Part shown: positions 63,396 to 64,000 of the stretch, in pieces
Position numbering within the stretch: the first letter of the stretch is position 1
Layout: the number at the start of each line of letters is the position of its first letter
Source of the DNA: Dendrobates tinctorius
Taxonomy: Eukaryota
Assembly (NCBI RefSeq): GCF_039654945.1
Contig: NW_027361700.1
Location: 27,280,001 to 27,344,000 of the forward strand
Length of the DNA: 64,000 bases
Reading direction: 5' to 3'
Notes under the pieces: generated by a model
Database searches by the model: none
The model's input: the letters and a program-made list of their open reading frames with translations, nothing else
What the model was told of the DNA's origin: nothing
Translations under genes and position numbers: made by a program

Positions 63396-64000
63396 TTCAG
63401 CTTTAAAAGGATGATCCTCTTAGAGAAAAAAAAGTCTACATTTTGCATGGTCAACACCTGTTTAACAGCTTTCCTGGTAGATTCAGACCATTCTTTTAGA
63501 ATGTATGAAGCCCTTGGGCTGTTTGTTATACGTTGGGCTAGAAACTGGGAGAGGCAAATTCCTCATTGATTCAAAAAGTAATACAGTCACTTTCTTTCAC
63601 CTTGCCCTCGGCTTCATCAGATCAAATTTACAATCTATCACCTATGGGCAATTTCTTAAGTTCGGAGGCCATCCAAGTAAATCTTTAGGATGTCTCCCTA
63701 GCAAATGCAAGCACGTGTTCTTTTCTCATAAATTTAACTAAAAACATTTTGTAGCACATAGTTTAGTGTAGAAACATAAAGTTACTTAGTGCACTGTACT
63801 ATTTGTAGAGCACTTTTAGTAAGGTTATTCATGAGAGAAATTAATGGGATGTGCATTATTTATTACTCATTATATCTGTAGTGTACCACCATATTACCAC
63901 GTGGCAATAGTGGTTGCTCTTAGGCATACTGAAATTCACCATCTAAATTATTTTATTTAATTTCCCATATTTCAGGCCAAATATTATATACAGCCAAGCA

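Overview
Vertebrate genomic DNA, very probably an anuran (hyloid frog, inferred from the repeat families and keratin types). The window holds part of the type I keratin cluster: three complete, intact 8-exon genes on the minus strand (A 8616-16396, 517 aa; B 37965-47769, 620 aa with a very long Ser/Gly/Thr tail; C 58952-63288, 502 aa). All three have the canonical 83/157/162/126-bp rod exons, GT-AG introns, TATA boxes and AATAAA signals. Introns and spacers are dense with transposons: two near-complete IR/DR Tc1 elements, a foldback hATm derivative, Helitrons carrying minisatellites, CR1 and L2 LINEs, V-SINEs, solo LTRs and Gypsy remnants, and T2, Harbinger and hAT MITEs. The most notable finding is a 1.5-kb insertion (51230-52756, 13-bp TSD) built from tandem 540-bp monomers plus an inverted partial copy. 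Each monomer carries an HDV/CPEB3-type nested double pseudoknot ribozyme motif with a compensatory swap of the P1.1 pair, and a diverged, covarying relative lies at 60909-61056. Four other short insertions share its Penelope-like architecture, and three of them carry degenerate minimal hammerhead motifs. All folds were read by eye and none has been tested.
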